In this document: positions 29,776 to 40,170 of the stretch, piece after piece | Layout: each line of letters begins with the position of its first letter | Numbering within the stretch: the first letter of the stretch is position 1 | Sequence record: MW749003.1 | Length of the DNA: 64,000 nt | Reading direction: 5' to 3' (one strand) | The notes under the pieces: model-generated | What the model saw: the letters and a program-made list of their open reading frames with translations, nothing else | Databases searched by the model: none | Told to the model about the DNA's origin: nothing | Translations under genes and position numbers: made by a program

Positions 29776-29847
29776 ATAATATATATTTGATTATATTTTT
29801 TGATACGGTTAATAATATTATTAATTCATTTTTCAATTATATATTAT
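29776..29847. promoter_or_regulatory. Back-to-back divergent early promoters
   Basis: Minus TCAAATATATATTAT (29776-29790) and plus TCAATTATATATTAT (29833-29847) between divergent operons. Confidence 0.65.
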
Positions 29848-29886
29848 AAAGATGTAAGTAAATTTCTAAATAGGAGGATAATTATA

Positions 29887-30090
29887 ATGTCAGAAAAACA
29901 GCCAGTAACTATTACTTTTACTGAATTTAGTGAAGAAGATTCAACAAAAACATTACTAGTAGGAGTAACAAGTGAAGGAAAAAGAGAAAGTGAGATTTTT
30001 AATAGTCTTATTTTTCCCACATTTAACAGAATGAGAGCTGAAAAGAAAATTATTAATAAATTAAAATTTAGAAGAAAGTTTATGCTATAA
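29887..30090 (+). CDS. Hypothetical protein
   Basis: Start reassigned to ATG 29887 after AGGAGG (MSEKQPVTI...). Confidence 0.6.
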   Translation: MSEKQPVTITFTEFSEEDSTKTLLVGVTSEGKRESEIFNSLIFPTFNRMRAEKKIINKLKFRRKFML

Positions 30091-30196
30091 TATAAATATT
30101 AATTCTCATTAAAATAAAAGAAATCAACTAATAAATAATTAAGGGTAAAAGGAGAGATACTTTTATTAAAAGGAATTATGGAGAGGGGAAAGTCTC

Positions 30197-31309
30197 TTGA
30201 AGAATAATGAATTATATGGTTTAGAAATAGCAGATATTCATTTTGGGAAAAAAGATGATGTTAAATTATATGAAGAATTAAAAAAATATTTTATAGGTAA
30301 GATAAATAAAGAAAAAGAAGACATTGATTATATTATTATAGCTGGGGATTTATTTGATAGAATTCTTAGAATGAATGAAATAGGAAGTACTTTATGTATC
30401 AAATTTATTTTAGAATTAGTTGATTTATCATTAAAATATGATTTTAAATTAAGATTACTAAAAGGAACTAAGACACATGATTTCAATCAATTAAGTAACT
30501 TTAAATACATTGAAGCTAAACATTATCCAAGATTCAGAATTATAGAAACAGTTGAAGAGGAAGAAATTTTTCCAGATACATTCTTCTTATATATGCCTGA
30601 AGAATACGTAGAGAACCAAGAAGAATACTATGATAAATATTTTAATCTAGAAGAAGATGCTAAATATGATATGATTTTCTTTCATGGTACATTTGATTTT
30701 GTAGGATTTATCCCAGACATCGAATCTGAAAGACATGTTAAAAATGCACCTGTTTATGATTCAGATAGAATTGCAGATTTAGTATATGGGAAAGCAATTG
30801 GTGGTCATATTCATACTCGTAATATATACAAAAATAAAATTGAATATACTAGTTCATTTAGCAGATTCTGCTTTGGAGAAGAAAAACCAAAAGGATTTGT
30901 AGAGATATTTTATAATCAAGAAACATTAGAGTGTAGAACCAAATTTATTGAGAATGAAGATGCTCCTACATACGTCACATTTAATATGGATGACATTAAG
31001 GGAGATAATTTAGAAGATAAATTAAAAATTATTGGGGAACTAAAGAAAGAGTATGACCATGTTAGAATCATAGCAAAAGACATTAATGATGAAGATGTAT
31101 CAGCCATGAAAAGTTTAGTAAGTCAGGATAGTGATGTTAAGCTTGATATTAAGAGAAAAGATATTGAAGATAAAGTTGACGAAGAATATATGTTTATTAT
31201 TAATAGAGAATATGATCTAACAACTACTACTCAAAAATATATTCAGTTAAAATATGGTGTTAATCTCACTCTTGATACTATCAATAAAGCCATCATGGAG
31301 GAAAAATAA
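30197..31309 (+). CDS. sbcD: SbcD/Mre11-family nuclease
   Basis: Metallophosphoesterase motifs ADIHFG, AGDLFD, GTKTHD, FHGT, GHIH; 370 aa. Confidence 0.88.
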   Translation: MKNNELYGLEIADIHFGKKDDVKLYEELKKYFIGKINKEKEDIDYIIIAGDLFDRILRMNEIGSTLCIKFILELVDLSLKYDFKLRLLKGTKTHDFNQLSNFKYIEAKHYPRFRIIETVEEEEIFPDTFFLYMPEEYVENQEEYYDKYFNLEEDAKYDMIFFHGTFDFVGFIPDIESERHVKNAPVYDSDRIADLVYGKAIGGHIHTRNIYKNKIEYTSSFSRFCFGEEKPKGFVEIFYNQETLECRTKFIENEDAPTYVTFNMDDIKGDNLEDKLKIIGELKKEYDHVRIIAKDINDEDVSAMKSLVSQDSDVKLDIKRKDIEDKVDEEYMFIINREYDLTTTTQKYIQLKYGVNLTLDTINKAIMEEK

Positions 31310-31803
31310 TGAAAAAATCTAAAATGAATAAACTGTTAAATGAAATTGAAAAAGAAGGATTATTGATTAAAGGTTTTCATAATGGAATCCCAAGTGATAT
31401 TGCTACAACTACAAAACATGCAGAAAAATTTTTAGATGAATATCTAGATATGCAAAAATATATTCTAATGAGTGTCCCTCACTCATTAGAACTTATTGAG
31501 AGTTTAGATTATAATATTGTATTTACTGCTATTGAAAGCGTTGCTTTTAAAATGGATATTGATATGCAAAGAAAAATTCATAAGTATGCATTTCAAATAT
31601 TAGTAAGTGATGGGGATGTTGACGCTAAATATTTTATTAAGGAAGTTAAAAAATGGAATATTCCTAGACATATTAAAACAGAATTATTTAGTGAAATTGA
31701 TGACTGGAAAATAAGTATTATTAATGAGCTTAAAAATATTATAAAAACGCTCAATACTTTTAAAAATGAAATATTAGAGAGAGAAAAAATCTATGGAAAT
31801 TAA
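31309..31803 (+). CDS. Hypothetical protein
   Basis: 164-aa ORF overlapping neighbours. Confidence 0.65.
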   Translation: MKKSKMNKLLNEIEKEGLLIKGFHNGIPSDIATTTKHAEKFLDEYLDMQKYILMSVPHSLELIESLDYNIVFTAIESVAFKMDIDMQRKIHKYAFQILVSDGDVDAKYFIKEVKKWNIPRHIKTELFSEIDDWKISIINELKNIIKTLNTFKNEILEREKIYGN

Positions 31804-32341
31804 TAAGGAAAAAACTGTTTGTTTTACTGCTCATAGACCACATCTATTGTATGGGTATAATAAAAAAACCTCTGGTAATCAAAAGATTATCAGAGTTTTA
31901 TATAATGAAATTGTTAGACATATTAAAGAATATGGAATAGATACCTTTATATCAGGAATGGCTCTAGGTGGGGATACTTGGGCGGCAGAGATAGTTTTAA
32001 AACTTAAAAGTGAATATCCGAATATAAAACTAGTATGTGCAATTCCTTGTTTTCGTCAGGAAATAAAATGGAAAGAATATGATCGAATGTTTTATCATGC
32101 TATATTAGATAGAAGTGATTATGTTCACTATGTGTCTAAAAAGGAATATACTAAAAAATGCATGTGGAATAGAGATAAATGGATGGTTAATAATTCTAAA
32201 TATGTAATAGCAGTATATAATGGCGAACCTTGGACTGGAACTGGACTTACATATAATTATGCTGTTAAAAAGAATAGAATTATTACTAGAATAGATCCTT
32301 ATAAACTAGGAGGTTTCTTTAATGGATACAAAAATTATTGA
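31793..32341 (+). CDS. YspA-like SLOG-family protein (DUF1273)
   Basis: CFTAHRP, FISGMALGGDTWAAE, CAIP..QE.KW, RDKWMV, TGLTYNYA. Confidence 0.8.
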   Translation: MEINKEKTVCFTAHRPHLLYGYNKKTSGNQKIIRVLYNEIVRHIKEYGIDTFISGMALGGDTWAAEIVLKLKSEYPNIKLVCAIPCFRQEIKWKEYDRMFYHAILDRSDYVHYVSKKEYTKKCMWNRDKWMVNNSKYVIAVYNGEPWTGTGLTYNYAVKKNRIITRIDPYKLGGFFNGYKNY

Positions 32342-33014
32342 TAAAATTAAAAAAGCGCTTGCATTAGCCAATGATGCTCCAAATGACGAAGAAGCACAAG
32401 CCGCAATGCTTGCAGTACAAAGATTAATGGTAAAACATAATATTTCCATGAAAGATGTAGAATTAAAAGATAATTCTGAGAAGAAAGTAGTACAAGATGA
32501 TAAAGTGATTGAACCTACAGGTAGAATTTCTTGGTGGAAAAAACAATTATCTGCTATTATAGCTAAGAATTTTAAGTGTGAAGCATTGATATCAAAATAT
32601 GCAAAAAATAAATCATCTATAACATTTCTAGGTTTAGAGGAAGATGTTATTATCGCTAAAAGTGTATTTCAATATGCAGAAAAAGTTATTGATAAATTTG
32701 CTAAAAGTTATGTTGGAAAAGTATATAGGTCAGGTAAAAGCACTGTAGGTGTTAGAAATATATTTATCAATGGTTTCTTAGTAGGTTTAAATGAAAAATT
32801 CGAAGAACAAAAGAATGAAAATAATTGGGGATTAGTTCTAGTAAAAGATTCTCTAGTAGTTCAAACACTTGAGAAGATGAATTTAAGGAAACATTCAAGT
32901 TCTGGTATTAAACCTAAGTTTGCTAATGATAGCGAAGCATGGGAAGCTGGAAATAAAAAAGGTAAGAGTTTTGCAGATACACAAAAAAGAAAAGGAATTG
33001 AGAGTAATGAGTAA
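32322..33014 (+). CDS. DUF2786-domain protein
   Basis: KIIDKIKKALALA...EEAQAAMLAVQRLMVKHNI. Confidence 0.75.
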   Translation: MDTKIIDKIKKALALANDAPNDEEAQAAMLAVQRLMVKHNISMKDVELKDNSEKKVVQDDKVIEPTGRISWWKKQLSAIIAKNFKCEALISKYAKNKSSITFLGLEEDVIIAKSVFQYAEKVIDKFAKSYVGKVYRSGKSTVGVRNIFINGFLVGLNEKFEEQKNENNWGLVLVKDSLVVQTLEKMNLRKHSSSGIKPKFANDSEAWEAGNKKGKSFADTQKRKGIESNE

Positions 33015-33276
33015 AGAGGAAATACTTCAACTTGTAGCTAGAGATACATTAGATATCTATAAGGGTAATAATCCTAATTATGCTTTGAAGATAGTTACTA
33101 AGAATGTTGTAACTCATATTCTATTAATTAATAAAGAAACAGCAGAAATATATAGAGAATTCTTAACGAATTCAGGAATGATCACATCACTTATTGATCT
33201 TAGTGAATATAATTGGGAAGATAATCCGAATAATTATACTATGAGTCAACCAATACAATTAAATAATTTAGGTTAA
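33007..33276 (+). CDS. Hypothetical protein
   Basis: Start reassigned to ATG 33007 overlapping the upstream stop. Confidence 0.55.
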   Translation: MSKEEILQLVARDTLDIYKGNNPNYALKIVTKNVVTHILLINKETAEIYREFLTNSGMITSLIDLSEYNWEDNPNNYTMSQPIQLNNLG

Positions 33277-33373
33277 TATTCCTATCAAATTTTATTATCA
33301 GAAATAAAAAAGAGAAAATAACAACAGATGAACATACAAGTGTATAACACCGAGCGTAGAGGAGAATGGTAGG

Positions 33374-36300
33374 ATGTATATCAAGAAGAAAAATGGTAAA
33401 AAGAAAGATATAGAAGTTGTTGAACTTCCTATTAATATAGAGATGTTTGATTCTATTATTCAATATACATTGTCTGATAATCCATTAATTACTAAGAAAT
33501 CTCTTATCAATTTAAGAAAATTAATTAATTTTATTGATATCAGATCCTATAGTGAAGATTTTTCAAGAATGTTAAGAATAGAATTACTTAAGAAGATTTT
33601 AGAAGGGGAATTGGATCAAAATATTTATAGAGATGCACTTCTTAAAGAATATTGCATAAAAGAATTACCTCATTACTCAAAGGATTTACTTGAATTATTT
33701 GAGTCTGGTTATTTTGATGAACCTCTATCTAATGATGATATTACGTTTATTAATAAATTTGTAGAAGAAAATTTAACGTATATCCATCTAAGAAGACATT
33801 CACCTGACTTAGAAATGGCTTTACAGCAATTAAGAGCTAGTGATTCTAGTAATCTTCGGTCAATTAATAATACATTAGAGAGAATTGTTGGGGAATTAAA
33901 TAAAGATATTAAATCTGCCAAGGCTGTTAATCAATATGCCGCAATGGATTTTAATATTAACGGAAATACTGCTGATTCAGTAGTAAGGGCAACTATTGAG
34001 GAATATAAGAAACCAAATAACCATTTAAAATTAGGTATTAAAAATCTTAATAAGATGCTTGATGGTGGAGTTGAGAATGGTCGAGTTTATTTAATCTTTG
34101 GTCTGCCTAAAGGGTTGATTTGAGCCCCTTCATACAGTAATGTATGTCGAAAACCTCTTTAACTGCTGGAAGTTCCAATATGTTAATTGGATAATCAGCA
34201 TCCAAGACTCTTAATGAGTAAGGTTCAACGACTATCCGAAAGCAATCTTAGGATTGTGAGTAGCCTTGAAATAGGCAATAGGAGTACGGCTCAAGTGATT
34301 GGAGTGGGTGAGAATCCCTTAAATGGAAATGGGAGGTATCCTATTAATTAATAGGATAATGATATAGTCTCGACTTCTACGTATATATAAAGGTAGAGCA
34401 GTTCATAAGAGAACGCAGTAGATGTAGCGAATCTACTGGAAGACACCGTTAAATCTGGAACTTTATTAAATATCGCAATATGGATTTGTAAATATAATAG
34501 AGAGATTGTTACAAAAGATAAAACTAAAAAACCATGTGTTTTATATGTAACACAAGAAAATAGTATTCGAGAAACTCTTCAAAGAATATTTGTTCATAGC
34601 ACTGGTAGTAATATTGAGAACTATACTGAAGAAGAGGCTCTGCGAATTATTAGAGAAGAAGTGATCGGTATAGACGAAAATGGTGAAGCACCTATTGATC
34701 TCTTTATTAAATACCGTCCTAATAAATCAATTAGTACTTCTGATTTAGATACTATGTGTGATGATTTAGAATTAGAAGGATATGAAGTAGTTTGTCTTAT
34801 TCAAGATTATACTAAGCGTATTAGATCATCAAGCTATAATCCTTCTGATCTTCGACTTGAACTCGGTTCGGTGGTTGATGACTTCACGGTTGCTTAGTAG
34901 TATTATCAACATTGTTTTCTCATTAAATAACGATAGGAGTGTTATAAAATGGGAAAAACAACAAAGAAAACTATTGATAGTGTAAAAGAGGAAATAAAAC
35001 TACTCTCTAATGGGGAATATGAGGTAGTATCTGATGTTTATAAAAATAATGAAGGTGAGTTAATTATTCGCCATCATATGAAAGATGGGACTTTTCATGA
35101 CTACAAAAGTAGTAGAAAAGCATTTGTCAATAGAAATAATAGATGTCCACAATGTAATACAAAAAGATTGAAAACAATTAATCCTAATTTTAAATCCTTT
35201 GATTTAATAAAAGAAGAATTTAAAAATATAGTAGGAAATGAATATGAAATCTTAACAGAATCATCTGAATATAGGAATAATAAACAAAAATTATTAATTC
35301 GTCATTTTATAAATGATTCATTTCATGATTTTGAAATGCGTTATAATGATATTACAAATGGTCATCGTTGTTCAATTTGTAGTGGTCGTAAGAAAAAGAC
35401 ACAAAAAGAATTTGAACAAGAAGTGGAAAAGTTAGGCAAAGGTGAATATAAAGTTAATGGAAAGTATAAAAATAATCGCACTCATATTGAATTAATCCAT
35501 CTAAAATGTAATAAAATATGGAATGTAAGACCAGATGACTTCACAAATGGTTTTAATAGATGTCCATATTGTACTGGAAGTAATGGTGAGCAGATTATTA
35601 TGAGATATTTAGAAGAGAAAAATTATAATTATACTTTTCAATATATTTATCAAGATTGTAAAAATATTAGACCATTGCCATTTGACTTTAAAGTTAATCT
35701 AAATAATGTACCAATAATTATTGAATATGATGGAAAAATGCATTTTGAACCTATTTATGGTGAAGAAAAATTTATTCAACAATTAAAAAATGATGAAATA
35801 AAAAATAATTATTGTAAAGATAATAATATTCCCCTTTTAAGAATTAAATACACTGATATCAAGAATATAGACACTTTAATAGAAAACTTTGTTGATAAAC
35901 TCAATAGCTGTGATTAAACTCCTTTAACTGCTGGGAACTCCTAAAGTCTTTAGTACCAAAGTGTAAAAATCTAAAGAATGTTACAATGGACAATCAGCAA
36001 CCAAGACTTTGTAAGGTTCAACGACTATCGAAACCACTTTATCAGATCGTTGTGAAACGCTAGATAGAGATAAGGGAGTAGAGTACAGCCAAGCGGTAAG
36101 GTTTGATCGTAATAAGATCTGTAATTCCTTTTAAATGGAAATGGGGAGCGCCATATTTAGGCGAAGATATAGTCTCATCTCTATGGAAACATAGAGCAGT
36201 TCATAAGAGAACGCATTAGATGTAGCGAATCTAATGGAAGATAATGTATAGCAAAAACTAGAAATATTCCTGTTATTTCAGCAGGACAGTTGAATAGGGA

Positions 36301-36748
36301 AGCATATCGTATTCTAGAAACTTCATTAGAAAAAGGTAAAAGCAATATTGGTAAGAATCTGAATGCATCACATATTGGAGAATCTGCTTTAATGCAGGAA
36401 AATACTGATTATGGTGTAATTGTTAATAAAGAGGAATTTGAAGGTGTTGAGTACCTTACATTTAAATTGATAGCATCTCGTGCTAAGAAACCATCAATAA
36501 CTTATTTTGCACATCCATTTGAAAAAGGTAATGGATTACGATTAATGGATGATATTCATTTAGCAAAATCATTATCAGAAGATAAAATTGGTGGAGATAA
36601 ATTTAAAGAGTTTAATCCCAATAAGGCAAGGGAAAATAAGGGATCATTCTTTAATAATAACAATAGTAATCAACCAGAATTTCCTCCAGTAGATTTAAAA
36701 GTTGAAGCAAATAATGGTATTGAAAAGGATAGTGGAATTCCATTCTAA
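33374..36748 (+). CDS. dnaB: DnaB-like replicative helicase, spliced join(33374..34115, 34449..34890, 36247..36748), 561 aa
   Basis: Spliced Walker A FGLPKG-F-KSGTLL; VLYVTQENS; LIQDYTKR; DDFT-V-IAKTRNIPVISAGQLNR; exons total 1686 nt, in frame. Confidence 0.9.
34116..34448 (+). mobile_element. Group I intron (ORF-less, 333 nt) in dnaB Walker A
   Basis: Core AACTGCTGGAA, AATCAGCA, GGTTCAACGACTA, GATATAGTC; P1 AAGGGU/GCCCCUU with one mismatch; terminal G at 34448. Confidence 0.88.
34891..36246 (+). mobile_element. Group I intron (1356 nt) with endonuclease ORF in the P1 loop
   Basis: Exon CACGGU pairs with IGS GCUGUG located at the ORF 3' end; full core at 35918-36246; terminal G at 36246. 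Confidence 0.9.
34949..35917 (+). CDS. Intron-encoded homing endonuclease (Zn-ribbon repeats + Vsr/EDxHD-like domain)
   Basis: Three RCxxC repeats; LPFDF..IIIEYDGKMH..NDEIKNNYCKDNNIPLLRI. Confidence 0.85.
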   Translation: MGKTTKKTIDSVKEEIKLLSNGEYEVVSDVYKNNEGELIIRHHMKDGTFHDYKSSRKAFVNRNNRCPQCNTKRLKTINPNFKSFDLIKEEFKNIVGNEYEILTESSEYRNNKQKLLIRHFINDSFHDFEMRYNDITNGHRCSICSGRKKKTQKEFEQEVEKLGKGEYKVNGKYKNNRTHIELIHLKCNKIWNVRPDDFTNGFNRCPYCTGSNGEQIIMRYLEEKNYNYTFQYIYQDCKNIRPLPFDFKVNLNNVPIIIEYDGKMHFEPIYGEEKFIQQLKNDEIKNNYCKDNNIPLLRIKYTDIKNIDTLIENFVDKLNSCD

Positions 36749-36758
36749 AGGAGAAAAT

Positions 36759-36989
36759 ATGCCACTACTACCTAAATTATTTCTTAAAATATCTATTCTT
36801 ATACCTCTTTTAACTTCATCAATAGTAAGTACTGAAACTGTGTTAACTAAGTATTTTCCCAATTTGAGTATTAATACTCAAATTGGGATATTTATAATTA
36901 ACGTTATATTATCCATGACTGTAAATATTTTAATATTAGAAGAATATGTTAAAAAAAAAGATTACAGGACTTGCATTCTAGTAAAATAA
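36759..36989 (+). CDS. Small two-TM membrane protein
   Basis: Start reassigned to ATG 36759 after AAGGAG; two hydrophobic helices and a basic tail. Confidence 0.55.
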   Translation: MPLLPKLFLKISILIPLLTSSIVSTETVLTKYFPNLSINTQIGIFIINVILSMTVNILILEEYVKKKDYRTCILVK

Positions 36990-37017
36990 CCATAGACATT
37001 ATGTCTATGGTTATTTT
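36983..37017. terminator. Bidirectional terminator (17-bp inverted repeat, 1-nt spacer)
   Basis: AAAATAACCATAGACAT-T-ATGTCTATGGTTATTTT between convergent genes. Confidence 0.85.
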
Positions 37018-37024
37018 TTTTTTT

Positions 37025-39571
37025 TCAATAAGAAATTTCAATATCTGTATATTCAACATCTGATTGATCAAAGATACTGAATCCAAAACTACCTTCCAAT
37101 AATGGAGAATCAGTATCAGTAAAATCTATAATTGGATATCCACCAACTCTGTCATAAACTCTAATTCTATTATGGTACATCATAATAAAAATACAATTAT
37201 TTTCATCACTTAGATAAGTCTGTTCAGTAGTTGATAATAATTTTCCTCTTACTTTATGCAATCCATCTGATGAAATATCCATCTCAGAATATTTAGGAGA
37301 GATTTTATATAAACCAGATAACATAGGATAAACTATTCCTTTGTCTATATTTTTTCTTCTTATAGTATATAGATAATATTCATCCTCACCTTGCATTCTA
37401 AAGATTACTCCTAAATTTCCTTGATGATATTTACTTCCTTTTACCATAACTTTTAAACGATAATCAGATAAATCTCTATCATCACCAGTAAAATAATAAT
37501 TATTTAGACCTGAAGAGTAATCATTTAAAATAACACTATTAGTTGTTCCTTTCCAATCAGTGGAAGAAGGAATTAAAATAGATCCTTTATTATCTATTAA
37601 TCCCCAGTCTGGATTATTATATTTATCTGGTAATGATTTTATATTAAAGAATGCTTTTCCATTTCCATTAAAATGTTTATATACGACTAATAGATCTACA
37701 ATCTCTTCCTTAGTAGCAATAATATCTTTAGTATAAATATCATCAATACCAGATGATTTCTCAAGAATTAGTTCATCGTTCATATAAATTTGTATAACAT
37801 CATCTCTATTTCCCTGAATCATATATTTAGTATTTGGAACTAATTTTAATTTAGAATATTGTCTAATTGTATAATTTATTCCTTGTGGGATGAAACCATT
37901 AATTGGATTTATATCATCATAAGAAAAATTATTATCGTTTAAATATTCTTGAGTAAAAATAAACTCTTCATTAATGTCATAAAAAACATTTAAAATGGTA
38001 TTCTTTTGTTCATTTTTACTTAAATTACCATCAGGAGAAAATGCAAATAAAGATTCATTAATATTTTTATATTGTGTATCATTTGAGCCTTTAAATAATA
38101 ATTGTAGATAAGATGACGGTTGCTCAATCATGTCATATTGAAGTTTAAATTTATGCCATCTATTTCCTGATAACTTAATCTTTGCTGAATCATATAAAAC
38201 AGGTTGGACTTTTAGTTGAGAAATATTCACTTCACCATTCAATAGTTCATTATACATTGGTTTTCTCTCAACTGGAAAATCAATAGTGATATTTTTAAGA
38301 GTCTTACCTTTAATAAATGTAACAATTATAACAGAGTCTGTAAAATTAGCATTATTATTAAAATAAGCATACTCTTTATTATTTTCAAATACAATTTTAG
38401 TATTATCCGTATATTCAACTGTTACTGATGCACCTGAAAATAATAAGTTTCCATTATCAATTGATTTATAAGTTGTTGTAATAGCTAGATCTCTATATGT
38501 CTTAATTAATGAAACATCAATATTAACTTTAGCAATATTAGAACCCTTTTCTTGTTTTTCATATACTTTTTTTAGAATATTTTTACCTTCATTGTCCTTG
38601 ATTAACTCTCCATCCAATACATCCCAACCATCAGTACTACCAGTTTTGAAATCTGAATTTTTTGTTTGTGTTTCAAAAATATTCTCATTAATTGTAAAAT
38701 TTTCACCAAGAGTATTGATTACTTGTTTATCATCAATATTTAATTTACAGTTACCCATTACAATGGGTTTAAACTCATATTCATCTTCATTATCAATAAA
38801 AATATAACCTTCAAAGAGTTGTCGATAATTTTTTCCAAAACTTATAGGAAAACCTGTATCACAATTATCATCCAATCTTAATTTATTAGACACAATTGTA
38901 TTGGTTAACATTGCGTATTTGCCAGTATTATCTGTTATCTTATAGATTTTCTTTAATAATTTACCTCTCATAATTGGAGAATATATATCTTTAAAATTAT
39001 TAACAAAGTCGGTAATAGTAGTAAGTTTCTTTGGTTTTTCAGGTGGATTTAATGGACTAATCTTTTTATCATATCGACTTGATAAAATTCTTTTACTTGG
39101 TTGATTTAAATCTCTGACAGTCTCTCTTTCCAATACTGTTGGATTAGACATATTATTTATTGAATTTTTTTCTTTTTCAATAATATCATTAAACACACTT
39201 AAATAAGATGGATCAAATATAATAATATTATTTTTATTAAATTCATCAGGATGAGTCATATTGTTAATAAATAACAATAAGTACCATAGATCAGTTGTTT
39301 CATACAATAAATAGCTTATATATTCTGGTCTATAAAAGTATTTATCTTCAATAGTATATGTCATATAATACTGCTTGAAAATATGTTCATATTTTCTTAA
39401 AAAATTCATTCCAAATTTAATCTTATTATCAAATACATAATAACTGCTGATGTTATCAAGGGTAATTTTATTACCCTTGGAATGTGTAATAGACGTTCTC
39501 ATGTCAGCGGCAGAACTACTGTTTATTGAATTATCATCCATTAGAATTAGTAAGTCATTATCTACTATCAT
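37025..39571 (-). CDS. Baseplate wedge-like protein (T4 gp53/LysM-like N-terminus) with PA14- and lectin-like domains
   Basis: YRPEYISYLLYETTDLWYLLLFINNM; later beta-sandwich motifs; C-terminal LGVIFR....YYLY and GSFGF. Confidence 0.65.
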   Translation of the reverse strand: MIVDNDLLILMDDNSINSSSAADMRTSITHSKGNKITLDNISSYYVFDNKIKFGMNFLRKYEHIFKQYYMTYTIEDKYFYRPEYISYLLYETTDLWYLLLFINNMTHPDEFNKNNIIIFDPSYLSVFNDIIEKEKNSINNMSNPTVLERETVRDLNQPSKRILSSRYDKKISPLNPPEKPKKLTTITDFVNNFKDIYSPIMRGKLLKKIYKITDNTGKYAMLTNTIVSNKLRLDDNCDTGFPISFGKNYRQLFEGYIFIDNEDEYEFKPIVMGNCKLNIDDKQVINTLGENFTINENIFETQTKNSDFKTGSTDGWDVLDGELIKDNEGKNILKKVYEKQEKGSNIAKVNIDVSLIKTYRDLAITTTYKSIDNGNLLFSGASVTVEYTDNTKIVFENNKEYAYFNNNANFTDSVIIVTFIKGKTLKNITIDFPVERKPMYNELLNGEVNISQLKVQPVLYDSAKIKLSGNRWHKFKLQYDMIEQPSSYLQLLFKGSNDTQYKNINESLFAFSPDGNLSKNEQKNTILNVFYDINEEFIFTQEYLNDNNFSYDDINPINGFIPQGINYTIRQYSKLKLVPNTKYMIQGNRDDVIQIYMNDELILEKSSGIDDIYTKDIIATKEEIVDLLVVYKHFNGNGKAFFNIKSLPDKYNNPDWGLIDNKGSILIPSSTDWKGTTNSVILNDYSSGLNNYYFTGDDRDLSDYRLKVMVKGSKYHQGNLGVIFRMQGEDEYYLYTIRRKNIDKGIVYPMLSGLYKISPKYSEMDISSDGLHKVRGKLLSTTEQTYLSDENNCIFIMMYHNRIRVYDRVGGYPIIDFTDTDSPLLEGSFGFSIFDQSDVEYTDIEISY

Positions 39572-39582
39572 TAATTACACCT

Positions 39583-40155
39583 CTATTTCTTTTTGTATTT
39601 ATCAATATTGCTTTTAATTGTCTGAAAGTCAAAATATTTTGCTTTCACATACTTATATTCAAGTGTTGAATATTTTAAGTTTTCTTCCCATGATTCTTCA
39701 AGACAATCATCTATATATTTTACTCTAGTAAAATCTAACTCATAAGTCCTTAAAAGAGGTGTAATGACTTTATCGCATAGATGTTCAGCTAGTCTATTTT
39801 CAATAGTATTGACTGAAAAATCATCCCCAATAACAATCAATATACTATTTAAATACTTATACTCAATAACTCCTGCTGATACTAAGTCCTCAATAAAATA
39901 ACTAGGTTGAAAATCTGCAATTCCCTTAAATACTGCATAATCTCTATCTAAATATTCTTCAAAATAATGGCAAGGTAATGCTGGTTTCTTTAAGTCCTCA
40001 ATAAAATATTTTTGCCAAATTCCCCAAGTATACTTATTAGTACTTTGGATTACAGAGGGATCAATATAAACTTTTTCCATTAAATTTCTTGCATGAGTTA
40101 TAATAATATATTCAGTCTTACGTCTAAATCTCCTATAGTTACGAATAATATACAC
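39583..40155 (-). CDS. Degenerate Amidase_2-like protein in baseplate operon
   Basis: YIIITHA, CHYF, NSILIVIGDDF, L.PLL..YEL pattern; weak. Confidence 0.45.
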   Translation of the reverse strand: MYIIRNYRRFRRKTEYIIITHARNLMEKVYIDPSVIQSTNKYTWGIWQKYFIEDLKKPALPCHYFEEYLDRDYAVFKGIADFQPSYFIEDLVSAGVIEYKYLNSILIVIGDDFSVNTIENRLAEHLCDKVITPLLRTYELDFTRVKYIDDCLEESWEENLKYSTLEYKYVKAKYFDFQTIKSNIDKYKKK

Positions 40156-40170
40156 TTAAATATCCTCCTA

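Noticed and set aside
36759-36989. Holin
   Set aside because: Two TM helices fit, but it ends a replication operon with no adjacent endolysin or late promoter
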